Of a stretch of 64,000 nucleotides of DNA, positions 1 to 11,940 are shown piece by piece. A program made the position numbers and the translations under genes. Source of the DNA: Raja brachyura (lineage: Eukaryota). The notes below the pieces were generated by a model that saw nothing but the letters and a program-made list of their open reading frames with translations, was not told the origin of the DNA and did no database searches. Numbering within the stretch: the first letter of the stretch is position 1; each line of letters begins with the position of its first letter. Where the stretch lies: the NCBI GenBank assembly GCA_963514005.1, contig OY740800.1, positions 41,168,001 through 41,232,000 of the forward strand. Reading direction: 5' to 3'.

Positions 1-169
1 ACATGAGAGCTATCAAACATGTGTTAATAACATGTATTAGAGATCACTTCAACTGGCATTTTTATTGCCTTCTTGTAACTCCAAACATGACCATGAGATC
101 CATTCCACTTTCTAAAGAGCACACGTTAAAGGGTTCAAGTCATGGGCTGCAGTCTAGGTTTTGTTTTAG

Positions 170-790
170 ATGTAGTTTAGAGATATAGCGCGGAAACAGG
201 CCCTTCGGCCCAACGAGTCCGCACCGACTAGCGATCCCCTGCACACTTTGATCTTTGGTTTCCTCCCACACTCCACAGACGTACAGGTTTGTGGGTTAAT
301 TGGCTTGGTATAAATGTAAATTGTCCCTAGTGTGTGTAGGATAGTGTTAAGGGCCCGGCCCACGTGGGCGTCATTTGTGAGTCACGCAGGTGGCGCGTTC
401 AGCACGGGGTGCCACGCGTGACCGCGCGTCAATGCTTACGTCACCACGCCTCACCGCGCCCCATGCGCGTGTAATGCACGCCATGTGCGCATCACGTGCG
501 TGTCGTGCGTCGTGACACGTAAATAACACGCAAATGACGCCCAAGTGGGCCAGGCCCTTAACACTATCCGACACACACTCGGGACAATTTACATTTATAC
601 TGAGCCAATTAACCTACAAACCTGTACATCTGTGGAGTGTGGGAGGAAACCAAAGATCTTGGGGAATGGCCACGCAGGTCACGGGGAGAACGTACAAACT
701 CCGTACAGGCAGCACCCGTAGTCGGGATCGAACCCGGGGTCTCTGGCGCTGTGAGGCAGCAACTCTACCGCTGTGCCACCGTGCCGCCCA
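170..790 (-). mobile_element. HE1 (V-SINE) tRNA-derived SINE, interrupted by an inverted segment and a MITE
   Basis: Minus-strand tRNA-like head (ggcacggtggcacagcggtagag, B box ggttcgatcc), V-domain core and CR1-like tail. Confidence 0.85.
350..558. mobile_element. PIF/Harbinger-type MITE
   Basis: Inverted ends agggcccggcccacgtgggcgtcatttg / caaatgacgcccaagtgggccaggccct, with TTA/TAA flanks and a CpG-rich palindromic interior. Confidence 0.8.
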
Positions 791-849
791 TGAGGCGTGT
801 GAGGCTGAGAGCGTTTGCTTGGTGAATGACTCGCCTTGTTTCCCTACAG

Positions 850-1945
850 GTGGAGCGAGAGAAATCCCTGCTGATGAGCAACCTCCAGGAGTCTCAGAGC
901 CAGCTGGAGCACACCAAGGGCGCCCTGAGCGAGCAGCACGAGAGGGTCCACAGCCTGACGGAGCACATCAACGCAATGAGGAGGCTCCAGGTCAACAAGG
1001 ACTCGAAGACCGACCTGGAGAACGAGAAAGGGCGGGAGTCCGGGGAAGAGACGCACGACTACGAGGTGGACATCAACGGGCTGGAGATCCTGGAGTGCAA
1101 GTACAAGGTGGCCATCACCGAGGTGATCGACCTCAAGGCTGAGCTGAAGAGCCTGAAGGAGAAGTACAACAAGTGCGTGGAGACCTACACGGAGGAGAAG
1201 GCCAAGTATGAGAGTCGGGTACAGGAGCTGGACAAGCAGGTGAGCTGCCTGGAGAAGATGAACAAGGAGTACAACGACAAGGTGTCGCACTTCGAGACGG
1301 AGGTCAAGTCGCTGACGGTCATGGCCAACGAGGGCCACAACACGTTGAACACGGCGCAGGACGAGCTGGTGACGTTCAGCGAGGAGCTGGCCCAGTTGTA
1401 CCACCACGTGTGCCTGTGCAACAACGAGACGCCCAACAGGGTGATGCTCGACTACTACAGGCAGAGCAGGGTGACGCGCAGCGGCAGTTTGAAGGGTCCC
1501 GACGACCCACGGGCCGTGCTGTCCCCGCGCCTGGCCCGCCGCGGCCTCTCCTCGCCGACCGTCGAGCCCCGCAACTCCCCGGACCACTCGCCCAGAGAGG
1601 GCAGCGGTAGCGGCGGCGGCGGCGGGCAGCAGAGTCCCACCAAGCCCGCCAGCGTTCCCCCCCCCCCCATCCTCGCCCGTCTCCGACCCCGGCGACCTCC
1701 GCAAGGAGCCCATGAACATCTACAACCTGAACGCCATCATCCGCGACCAGATCAAGCACCTGCAGAAAGCGGTGGACCGCTCGCTACAGCTGTCCCGCCA
1801 GCGGGCGGCCGCCAGGGAACTGGCCCCCATGATCGACAAGGACAAGGAGGTGTTGATGGAGGAGATCCTCAAGCTGAAGTCACTGCTCAGCACCAAGCGC
1901 GAGCAGATCGCCACCCTCCGCACTGTCCTCAAGGCCAACAAGCAG
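850..1945 (+). CDS. BICD1: BICD1 large internal coding exon (coiled-coil region); apparent +1 frameshift in the C12 run at 1657-1668
   Basis: Acceptor tttccctacag|GTG and donor AAGCAG|gtaact. Translation VEREKSLL...[17 protein letters not shown]...[13 protein letters not shown], then in the next frame [49 protein letters not shown]...LKANKQ. This matches vertebrate BICD1 as recalled and fits BICD1 better than BICD2. Confidence 0.96.
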
Positions 1946-2035
1946 GTAACTCCAGCAATAGCAGCAGAATCTGGCCATTCGTCCCATCACCTCTACCTCG
2001 ACTCAATCCCATATACCCATCACTTGTGTCTGTGG

Positions 2036-2382
2036 TCAGGAAACGTGTTCCCGATGTTGGGGGAGTCCAGATCCAGGGGCCACCGTTTAAGAATAAGGAG
2101 TAAGCTATTTAGAACGGAGACGAGGAAACACTTTTTCTCACAGAGAGTTGTGAGTCTGTGGAATTCTCTGCCTCAGAGGGCGGTGGAGGCAGGTTCTCTG
2201 GATGCTTTCAAGAGAGAGCTAGACAGGGCTCTTAAAGATAGCGGAGTCAGGGGATATGGGGAGAAGGCAGGAACGGGGTACTGATTGGGGATGATCAGCC
2301 ATGATCACAGTGAATGGCGGTGCTGGCTCGAAGGGCCAAATGGCCTACTCCTGCACCTATTGTCTATTGTCTATTGTCTATT
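2036..2382 (+). mobile_element. CR1-type (HER1-like) LINE 3' fragment
   Basis: [17 protein letters not shown]...[39 protein letters not shown], with tail (ctattgt)n. Confidence 0.9.
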
Positions 2383-2719
2383 ATCACCACCTGAGCAAAA
2401 AAAAGCTGCCCTGCATCTTCCTATTAAATCTTTCCCCTCTCAGCTTGGAAACATAGAAAAAATAGGTGCAGGATTAGGCCATTCGGCCCTTCAATATTCA
2501 GCACAACCATTCAATATGATCGTGGCTGATCATCTAGAATCAGTACCTTCAACCTGTGCTCTGGTTCTTGATGCCCCTACACAGGGGGAATAGACCCGAT
2601 CTATTCACCTCATGATCGTATACACTTATCTTGCTGTCTCAGGCTGCGGTACGTCTGAAATCCTGAAGTCGTGGGCTGAGCTATCTTAACTGTGGATGGA
2701 ACAAGCATTTATAAGGTCA

Positions 2720-3135
2720 CACGGTCATAAGTGATGGGAACAGAATTAGGCCATTCGCCCCATCACGTCCTCTCCGCCATTCAATCATGGCTGATCTATC
2801 TCTCCTTCCTAACCCCATTCTCCTGCCTTCTCCCCATAACCCCTGACACCCGTACTAATCCAGAATCTATCTATGCATCAAAAAATATCCACTGACTTTG
2901 CCTCCACAGCTGTTTGTGGCAAAGATCTCCACAGATTCACCACCCTCTGACTAAAGACATTTCTCGTCACCTCCTTCCTAAAAGAATGTCCTTTAATTCT
3001 GAGCCTATGACCTAGACTCTCCCACATGTAGAAACATACTCCCCACATCCACTCTATCCAAGCCTTTCGCTATTCTGTATGTTTCAATGAGGTCCCCTCT
3101 CCGTCTGCTAAATCCCAGCAAGTACAGGCCCAGTC
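2720..3135 (-). mobile_element. CR1-type LINE 3' fragment
   Basis: Reverse-complement similarity to the CR1 3' ends elsewhere in the window. Confidence 0.8.
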
Positions 3136-4519
3136 AAACAGTTGGTCCCAGGTTCGATCCTGACCTCGGGTGCTGTCTGTGCAGAGTTTGTACCCCCCTC
3201 ACCTTAAACCTATGTCCTCCCCTACTCTGGGCAATAGAATCTACCCGATGCATTTACCCAGTCTATTTCTCCCATTTTGTACACCGCTACAAGATCACCC
3301 CTCATCCTCCTGCACTAAAAGGAATTGCTGTAAGTCTTAACCTGCTCAACCTCTCCCTGTAGCTCCGGCCCCTGTGAGGATGTCGCACGAGTCCTGGCGA
3401 CATCCTTGCAATTCTTTTCTGGCCCGTTTCCAATTGGACCTATAAAAACGGTGCCTAGAACTGAAAACAATAGTCCAAATGCGGCCTCACCATCTCCTTG
3501 TGCAACTGCAACATGTATACGCAATACTCTGACTAATGAAGGCCATCATCAATGAATGTGCCAATCTAAAAGCCTCATACGCCATTATCCATAGATCCAA
3601 CATCTCTGTGTTGTCAGTGGAGTTGATAACCAGTTAGTAGACATCTTCTCAAACTGTGGGGGTTACCACATTTTATAATGAAACCCGTTCAAAAAGCATC
3701 TTTAAACCAAATAAAATGAAGCAATTTTTCCACTTCCCCGACTTCAACAACGCTTTATCTCACCTGCTTCCATGACTACTCCACAGAATTAATGTTATTC
3801 ATTCATTTCAGTGTTTGGCAACTAGTTCTCGGATCTGATCTGCCCTTAGTAGCTTCCCCTTTAGTCAGGACTTCAATCGTATAAGGGTGGCGGGTTGACC
3901 CAGAACGGACTGCCAGGGGAGGTTGTCGGCCCAGTTTATACAACAGCTGTTACAAGACATTTGGAGAGGCACATGGATAGGAAAGGTTTAAAGGGATACG
4001 GGCCACATGCAGGCAGGTGGGATTAGCGTAAATGGGGCATTTGGATCGGCATGGTCTAGTTGGGCAGGAGATAGTTGGGCAATGTTTCGGGCCGGAACCG
4101 TTCTTTAGAAGTGAGAGTTATCCATCATTGAAAGCACTAGTGAATATGTAGGGCTGGTGGCAACAACTAGAGAACGGTCCTGAGCTACAAACTACCTCAT
4201 TGGAGACTCTTGGACTATCTTTGATCGGATGTTACTGGACTTTACCTTGCACTAAATGTTTCTCCCTTTATCATGTAGCTGTACGCGGTGCACGGCGGGA
4301 TGCGACCATGTAGTGTTTCTCTGCTGACTGGTTAGCACGTAACAAAAGCTTCTCACTGCGACAATAAACTAAACTGAAACTTCAACTCAAACTCAAATTC
4401 AAAGCCAGGAGTTGGTCAGAATATTAAAGCTGGAAACCGCACCTTGCCGCACGGGGGAAATATTCACCATTCTGTGCGTTTATTGAAACGTTTCCCAATG
4501 GAGTTTTGTTTTGCCATTT

Positions 4520-4825
4520 GTTTAGTTTAGCGATACAGCACATAAACAGGCCCTTCGGCCCACTGGGTCTGTGCCAACCAGCGATCCCCGCACATTAACA
4601 CTATCCCACACACACTCGGGACAGTTTACACATACACCACGCCGAGTAACCTACAAACCTGCACGTCTTTGGAGTGTGGGAGGAAACCGGAGATCCCGGA
4701 GGAAACCCACGCAGGTCACGGGGTGAACGTACAAAGTCCGTACAGCCAGCACCCGTAGTCAGGATCGAGCTCGGGTCACTGGCGCTGTGAGGCAGCGACT
4801 CCATCTCCGCGCCATCGTGCCGCCC
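4520..4825 (-). mobile_element. HE1 SINE, full length
   Basis: Head, V core and (taaac)n tail on the minus strand. Ends just upstream of the BICD1 exon branch point. Confidence 0.9.
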
Positions 4826-4856
4826 GTATTCTAACCTTTAGCGTTCATCCCCGCAG

Positions 4857-5008
4857 ACGGCCGAGATTGCCCTGGCGAACCTGAAGAGTAAATACGAAAA
4901 CGAGAAAACCATGGTGACTGAGACGATGATGAAGCTGCGAAACGAACTCAAGGCCCTGAAGGAGGACGCGGCGACCTTTTCCTCGTTACGCGCCATGTTC
5001 GCCACCAG
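4857..5008 (+). CDS. BICD1: BICD1 coding exon (152 nt, phase 0 to 2)
   Basis: Branch-like ttctaac at 4829, acceptor ccgcag|ACG and donor ACCAG|gtgaga. Encodes [51 protein letters not shown], part of the BicD cargo-binding CC3. Confidence 0.97.
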
Positions 5009-5428
5009 GTGAGAACCCTTGCCTTTCCCGACTGTTGACGTTCGGACATTTTTATAACTTTGCTGCAAGAGAACGGAGTCCAACATTTATACCAAAGGGA
5101 ACCCGTTACTCATTGGTACTAGTTTTTAAAGATGCAGAACGGAAGCAGGCCCTTCGGCCCACTGAGTCCATGCCGACCATTGATCATCCGTTCAGTCTAG
5201 TTCCATGTTATCCCACTTTCTCATCCACTCCCTACACACGAGGGGCAATTTTAAGAGGCCAATTAACCTACAAACCCGTACGTCTGTGGGGAGTGAGAGG
5301 AAACCGGAGCACCTGTTATCCCATTTTCTTATCCACTCCCCCCAACACACTTGAAATAGGAGAAAGACACACAAAATGCTAGAGTAACTCAGCGGGTCAG
5401 GCAGCATCTCTGGAGAAAAGGAATAGGT

Positions 5429-5456
5429 GACGTTTCGGGTCGAAACCCTTCTTCAG
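5429..5456 (-). ncRNA. Minimal hammerhead ribozyme motif in a Penelope-type terminus
   Basis: Reverse complement reads CUGAAGA-A-GGGU(UUCG)ACCC-GAAA-CGUC. The core is intact with a palindromic ACGU stem III. Confidence 0.75.
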
Positions 5457-7167
5457 ACTGAGAGCCAGGGGAGAGGGAAACAAGAGATATAGACGGGGAT
5501 GTAGAGAGATATGGAACAAATGAGTGAAAGATATGCAAAAAAAGTAACAACGATAAAGGAAATGGGCCATTGTCAGCTGTGGGCTAGGTGAAAATGAGTT
5601 ACAGACAATGAGACTCAACAAGGCGACTTTGGAGCTGGGTGGGGGCGGGATGGAGAGAAAACGGAACCAGCATGGAGGTTGAGTAGACAAAGAGATGGCG
5701 AGTCCTGCAGCCACATAACTTGGCCCCAAGTGGTGTTGGTATTGATATTAGTTCATTAAAGTTACAAAGCTGGTCACTTAACGGAGCACTGATTGATACG
5801 GCATGAAAACAGGTCCCACGGCCCACCGAGTCCACACCAACCATCGACCTCCTGTTCACACTAGTTTAGTGTAATCCCACCGTCGCATTCACCTCCCACA
5901 CACGAGGGGCAGTTTTACACTAATTGGAGAAACCAGCATCTACTTCGACATAAAGGTATCATGCGTGCTTATATTTAAACATCCGTCAGTCTAGGCTGGC
6001 CCAAAGGATTATAGCTGAAGGCAAATCATTTAAGGTATGTTTTGCTTAGTTGGTGAAGCACTAAGGTACAGGTGCCATTGCAATCTGCTGACTGTACATG
6101 AGTTTCCAATCTGTCTGGTATGTATTTGTGATTAGCAAACTCAATGATCAATAGTGACAATTAACAAACTCAACCCTTGCCCCTTGGGACTATATTAATG
6201 TTAACTCACAATTACTGCGCTTCTTTAGCTCATCCTTGTATAATATATCGTAAGTGCCTTTGCCAATTTTTACTTTATAGAGATAAGTGCATGTGATGTA
6301 AGTAAAGTTGATGCAGTGAAATATTCTTAATTGGAATTCCCGCCACCAAGAATCAAATGCCCTTATTGCCAGATTACCAACGCACAGCTAGTAGAGCCGC
6401 TGCCTCACGGCGGCGGAGACCCAGGTTCAATCCCGACCTCGGGTGCTGTCTGTGGGGAGTTTGCACGTTCTCCCTGTGACCGCCTGGGTTTCTTCTGGGA
6501 GCTCCGGTTTCCTCCCACGTGAAGTGGGATAACAGAAGCTACAGTGAGGGTTGATCGATGGTCGGCGTGGACTCGGTGGGCTGAAGGGCCAGTTTTCATG
6601 CTGTATCTCGTGAGGGTTTGTAGGTCAATTGGCCTCTAGTCTGTAGGGAGTGGATGAGAAAGTGGGATAACAGTGAACTAGTGTGAACGGGTGATCGCTG
6701 GTCAGTGTGGACTCGGTGTCGGGCCTGTTTTGTTGTGTGCTAACCAGTCTAAAGTCGCTAAAGAGAGGGAATATGGTATTAGTTGGGAAAGCACAATTAA
6801 AAGATTTCTGTCAGATTAAATGTAATGAATGACTATTATGAAAAATATGACCACAGCACTGACTATTACTAAAATACGACAGCGTTTAGAAAGAGAGACT
6901 TGGATCAATGATTTTGCCGTGCAATTACCAAGCAGTTGGCTGCAAACCTGGACCCTTAATTTCCAAGCTGATAAATTAGTGACCTCAGCTCCTGACACCG
7001 TGGAAAACAGATCCGTCTCCCGGGGGGAAGAGGAGATAAGTGTTAACTGATGTAGAGTCGTGTTCTCACACCAGGCAGTAGCCTTGTTCTCACACCAGGC
7101 TCACACCTTGGACAGGCAGCATTCCAATTACACGGATCACACGCAGTCTGAGAAGATTAGTTTCCGA

Positions 7168-7482
7168 CGGCACGGTGGCACAGCGGTAGAGTTGTTGCCT
7201 TACAGAGCTTGCAGCGCCGGAGACCCGGGCTCGATCCTGACTACGGGCGCTGTCTGTATGGAGTTTGCACGTTCTCCCCGTGACCGCGTGGGTTTTCTCC
7301 AAGATCTTCGGTTTCCTCCCAAACTACAAAGAGGTATAGGTTTGTAGGTAAATTGGCTTGGTGTAAATGTAAGTTGTCCCGAGTGTGTGCGGGATAGTTA
7401 ATATGCGGGGATCGCAGGTCGGCGCGGACTCGGTGGGCCGAAGGGCCTTTTTCCGTGCGTTATCTCTAAACTAAACTAAACT
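7168..7482 (+). mobile_element. HE1 SINE, full length
   Basis: ggcacggtggcacagcggtagag...gctgtctgtatggagtttgcacgttctccccgtg...gggccgaagggcc...(taaac)n. Confidence 0.92.
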
Positions 7483-7814
7483 AGTTCAACCTGGCCTCAT
7501 GTACAGGACGGACATCGTGGGCTGAAAGGCCTGGGTCCTGTGCTGTACTGCTCTCTGTTCCATGTTTGGACTGTGGCATCAGTCGTGTTTTAGTTTTTTG
7601 TATCGCGTTGGTGGGTTTGTTTGGTATTGTTTGCATTGTATATACTAGTCTTGTAATAATTGATTACATTTATTTTTGTCATTAAAAAAGTCGTGTTTTA
7701 GTTTTAGAAATACAGCGTGAAAACAGGCCCTTCGGCCCATCGAGTCCGGCCGACCAGCGACCCCCCCTCCCCTACACTAACACCATCCTACACCCACTCG
7801 GGACAATTTACAGA

Positions 7815-8365
7815 AGTCAAAGTCAAAGTCAAACAATTATTGTCATTTAGAAATACATCGATATATGCAATTCCAAACGAAATTCCGTTGCATTTGGCTC
7901 CCCGTACAACACGATAATTAACAGAAGGATAAAATGGATAAAAGGATAAATAGACAGTGGTGGCAGCCCATTACATGGCATTCAGGAGTCTGATGGCTCG
8001 TGGGAAGAAGCTGTTGCAGAACCTTGATGTTCTGCTCCTTATGCTGCGATATCTTTTGCCCGAGGGCCGCAGAGTGAACAGTCCGTGATGGAGATGTGTG
8101 GGGTCTTTTATAATACTGCTGGCCTTAGACACGATATCCCCTCACCACTCTCTGCATGGACTTCCAGTCGGAGGCTTTACAGTCCCCAAACCAGACAGAG
8201 ATACAGCTGGTCAAAATACTCTCTATGGTGCCCCTGTAGAAAGTGGTGAGGATGGGATGGGGGAGGTGAGCTCTTCTCATCCGGCGCAGAAAGTGCAACC
8301 ACTGCTGCGCTCTCTTAACTGTTGATGAGATGTTATTCGACCAGGTCAGACTGTTAGTGATCTGT
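7815..8365 (-). mobile_element. Rex1/Babar-like LINE 3' fragment inserted in an HE1 SINE
   Basis: Microsatellite tail (gtcaaa)3 and a degraded C-terminal coding region. The host SINE halves are at ~7697-7815 and ~8372-8460. Confidence 0.7.
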
Positions 8366-8784
8366 TAGTTAGAAACCGATTAACCTACAAACCCGCACGT
8401 CTTTGGAATGTGGGAGGAAACTGGAGCACCTGGAGAAAACCCTTATGGTCACAGGGAGAAGGTTGCTGTGCTTGTTTTGTGTGTATGTATTTGGAGGCAG
8501 ACGTGGAGCCTATTGTAAAAAGATATATTTAGCAAAATTATAGAGCAAACTGAATTACACTAAAAACCTGGTGGCCATGAGTGATTGCAGAGAAATATTA
8601 GATCTTAAATCCATTAACAGGAACAATAGCTTTCATTTATTAACAGCATCCGTAATCCAGAGAAGCATCCCAGGAAATGCAATCGGTAAAATTGATCCGA
8701 GCGAGATGGTACTAAGAGGAGGAAGCAAGAGCTTTGCAAATGTCTGGAGGTGCGGAGTCTTACTCCCCGAGCTCCAACTTTGTT

Positions 8785-9043
8785 TCGAGATTCAGCGCGG
8801 AAACAGGCCCTTCAGCCCACCGAGTCCGCAGGGACCAGCGATCCCCGCACACTAACACTACCCTACACGCTCTAGGGACAATTTACATTTTTACCTCCAA
8901 ACCGATTAAAACTACAAACCTGTGTGACTTTGGTGCGTGGGAGGAAACCGAAGATCTCGGAGGAAACCCACGCAGGTCACGGGGAGAGCGTGCAAACTCC
9001 GTGCAGACAGCACCCGTAGTCTACCGCTGCGCCGCCGTGCCCG
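8785..9043 (-). mobile_element. HE1 SINE with internal deletion
   Basis: Similarity to the other copies. Confidence 0.85.
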
Positions 9044-10319
9044 TCCAAGCTTGACAAGCTAAAAGAGGGGGAGGATCAGCAGAGGGTGGTTAGTGAAGTC
9101 TAGAACACGTTCTGAATGAGAAAGGTTGGCAGAAGGTGAACAGTCAGATTGTCATGGTTGAAGAAATTTGGATGTAACTCCAAATCTGGCATGGTTTTCT
9201 GCAGCACTTTCCCCTTGCCTTGCCACTCATTTCCCAATAACTTTCAAGCTCCTTAATGCTGCAGAATGCAGACCCTTGCCAGAGTTTCAGTGTAGTTTGC
9301 TGTCACGTGTACCGAGGTGCAGTGAAAAGCTTTTGTTGCGTGCTAACCAGCCAGCGGAAAGACAATACACAAATGAATGGATGAATGCATGAACACTTGA
9401 TGCATGAACACTTGATGCATGATACATTTCTTGTCACATGTGACAAGACACAGTGAAATTCTTTGCATTGAGTACCCAAGGTATACAAATAGTCACTACA
9501 TAAAGGGCCCTGACTAAGTTACAAAGTATCCCGCGTCAGGTCCACCTTCCTTCTCCCCCCCCCCCCTCTCTCCCTGATTACAATCGAGCCATTTACAGTA
9601 TAGGTACATGATAAAAGAAGAACTTTTCTCATCCCATTGTACAGATCCAATTGCAGTGAATATCTTTCTCCTCCGTTCTGTCTCTGCTCAGTGAGTCCAC
9701 ACCAGCAGCTTCTTTGTGCAGCCCTCGTGAACAAACATCCCCTATAACCCTGGCTTTGCCCTTGGCGGCTTATCCATTATTTATCATAAATGAATCAATA
9801 TCTGCCAGCTACCGAGCCACTTCATCAGATTTCCAGAGTTTACATTCCAGCTCCAGCGGATTTGATTCCAAGGCTTTCCATGCCTTGCGGTTAGTTGGGT
9901 TATATTGATGTTACTTTTGGAAGGTATTACCAGCCACAGTGGTGCTCACCTAAAGTCCATGGGCAATTCTTCCAATTGATTAGCATGTTACACAGTTATA
10001 CAGAGTATGTTGTATGGTGGCCTATTGGCCTGATCATGCGCCAGGCTAATCTCAATCAATGATGAGTCACTTAATGAACCAGTGGAGACACTATAATTGC
10101 CTTGCATGTGTTTGGCTAAAAGGGGAAAATAAACAACCTACCTGACATAGAAACACGCTGACGCAAAGGCCCAGCGGGACATTGTGCCAACGTGCTCTAA
10201 ACTTGCACATAAAGACCGCTGAGAGAGCTAAACATAGGTAAGGACAAAGGCTGATCGCTCTGAGATAACTGGCTTACTTCCTGACACCCAAAAACATCTC
10301 TATGTATTAAAGAGTTAAA

Positions 10320-10525
10320 GAAGGAACTGCAGGAGAATCGAGGGTTACACAAAAAGCTGGAGAAACTCAGCGGGTGCAGCAGCATCTAAGGAGCGAAGGA
10401 GATAGGCGACGAAGGAGATAGGCGACTGGTCTGAAGAAGGGTCTTGACCCGAAACGTCGCCTATCTCCTTCACTCCTTAGATGCTGCTGCACCCGCTGAG
10501 TTTCTCCAGCTTTGTGTGTAACCCC
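10320..10525. mobile_element. Inverted pair of Penelope-type terminal repeats
   Basis: gggttacacaaaaagctggagaaactcagcgggtgcagcagcatctaaggag is mirrored by ctccttagatgctgctgcacccgctgagtttctccagctttgtgtgtaaccc. Confidence 0.75.
10431..10458 (+). ncRNA. Minimal hammerhead ribozyme motif
   Basis: CUGAAGA-A-GGGUC(UU)GACCC-GAAA-CGUC. The flanks ggu/gcc can form a short stem I. Confidence 0.7.
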
Positions 10526-10661
10526 CTACATCTCTATGTTGGAAGGAACCGCAGATACTGGACCAGACCGAAAATAGGCACAAAACGCTGGAGTAACTCA
10601 GCGGGTCAGGCAGCATCTCTGGAGAAAAGGAATGGGTGACGTTTCGGATCGAGACCCTTCC

Positions 10662-10957
10662 GTTTAGAGAGACAGTGCGGAAACAGGCCCTTCGGCCCAC
10701 CATGACCGCACCGACAAACGATCCCCGCACATTAACACTATCCTACACACACAACGCACTAGGGACATTAGCCGACAAACCTGTACGTCTTTGGAGTTTG
10801 GGAGGAAACCGAACATCTCGGAGAAAACCCACGCAGGTCACGGGGAGAACATACAAACTCCGTACAGACAGAACCCGTAGTCAGGATCGAACCCGGGTCC
10901 CCGGTGCTGCATTCGCTGGAAGGCAGTAACTCTACCGCTGCGCAACCGTGCCGCCCC
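10662..10957 (-). mobile_element. HE1 SINE
   Basis: Similarity to the other copies. Confidence 0.88.
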
Positions 10958-11419
10958 TATGACTGAGACTGAAGACTCAAGTCTGAAGAAGGGTCTCGGC
11001 CCGAAAGGTCACCCGGAACTCTCTCCATCATCTACGGAACCCAAGCTAGGAGTGTGTCGGAATATACACCGCATGTATGGTTGTGTTCAGATCCAACAAC
11101 TGTGAGGAAGCTGAACACCATCCATGACACTGCACTCACTTTATTGGCAGTCACTAGATAGTTACTCCCTCTATCAGAGTGCATTGTGGCCTCACTTTGT
11201 ACTATCTATAAGATGTACTGTGGTACCTTGCCAAGGCTTTAGTTTACTTTAGAGATACAGCATGCAAACAGGCCGCTCGGCCCAACGAGTCCGTGCCGAC
11301 CTTTAATCACCCACTCACACAAGTTCTATGCTAAGCCACTAGCTCATCCGCTCCCTACACACTAGCGACGATTTACAGAGGTCATTAAACCTACAAACCC
11401 GCACATCTTTGGGATGGGG

Positions 11420-11940
11420 GAGGAAATTGCCATAGAGGGAGTGCAGAGAAGGTTCACCAGACTGATTCCTGGGATGTCAGGACTGTCTTATGAACAAAGA
11501 CTGGATAGACTCGGTTTATACTCTCTAGAATTTAGGAGATTGAGAGGGGATCTTATAGAAACGTACAAAATTCTTAAGGGGTTGGACAGGCTAGATGCAG
11601 GAAGATTGTTCCCGATGTTGGGGAGGTCCAGGACAAGGGGTCACAGCTTAAGGATAAGGGGGAAATCCTTTAGGACCGAGATGAGAAGGACTTTTTTCAC
11701 ACAGAGAGTGGTGGGTCTCTGGAACTCTCTGCCACAGAGGGTAGTTGAGGCCAGTTCATTGGCTATATTTAAGAGGGAGTTAGATGTGGCCCTTGTGGCT
11801 AAGGGGATCAGAGGGTATGGAGAGAAGGCAGGTACGGGATACTGAGTTGGATGATCAGCCATGATCATATTGAATGGCGGTGCAGGCTCGAAGGGCCGAA
11901 TGGTCTACTCCTGCACCTAATTTCTATGTTTCTATATTTC
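11420..11940 (+). mobile_element. CR1-type LINE 3' fragment inserted in an HE1-like SINE
   Basis: Intact frame AIEGVQRRFTRLIPGMSGLSYEQRLDRLGLYSLEFRRLRGDLIETYKILKG, with tail (tttctatg)n. Host halves at ~11238-11413 and ~11943-12055. Confidence 0.92.

Noticed and set aside
534-1759. Long overlapping ORFs (534-1142 +, 844-1719 -, 1376-1759 -)
   Set aside because: Shadow frames of the GC3-rich BICD1 exon and adjacent SINE, with no independent protein signature.
850-1945. BICD1 as a pseudogene
   Set aside because: There is only one lesion, in a homopolymer. All other exons, phases and splice sites are intact.
1946-2284. In-frame read-through from the BICD1 exon into a CR1 C-terminus (ORF 1712-2284)
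   Set aside because: There is a good donor at 1945/1946 and the next exon is intact. The open frame is explained by chance phase with a LINE fragment.
7168-7245. tRNA genes at SINE heads (A and B boxes)
   Set aside because: These are tRNA-derived heads of HE1 SINEs that continue into the V core. There is no complete cloverleaf or terminator.
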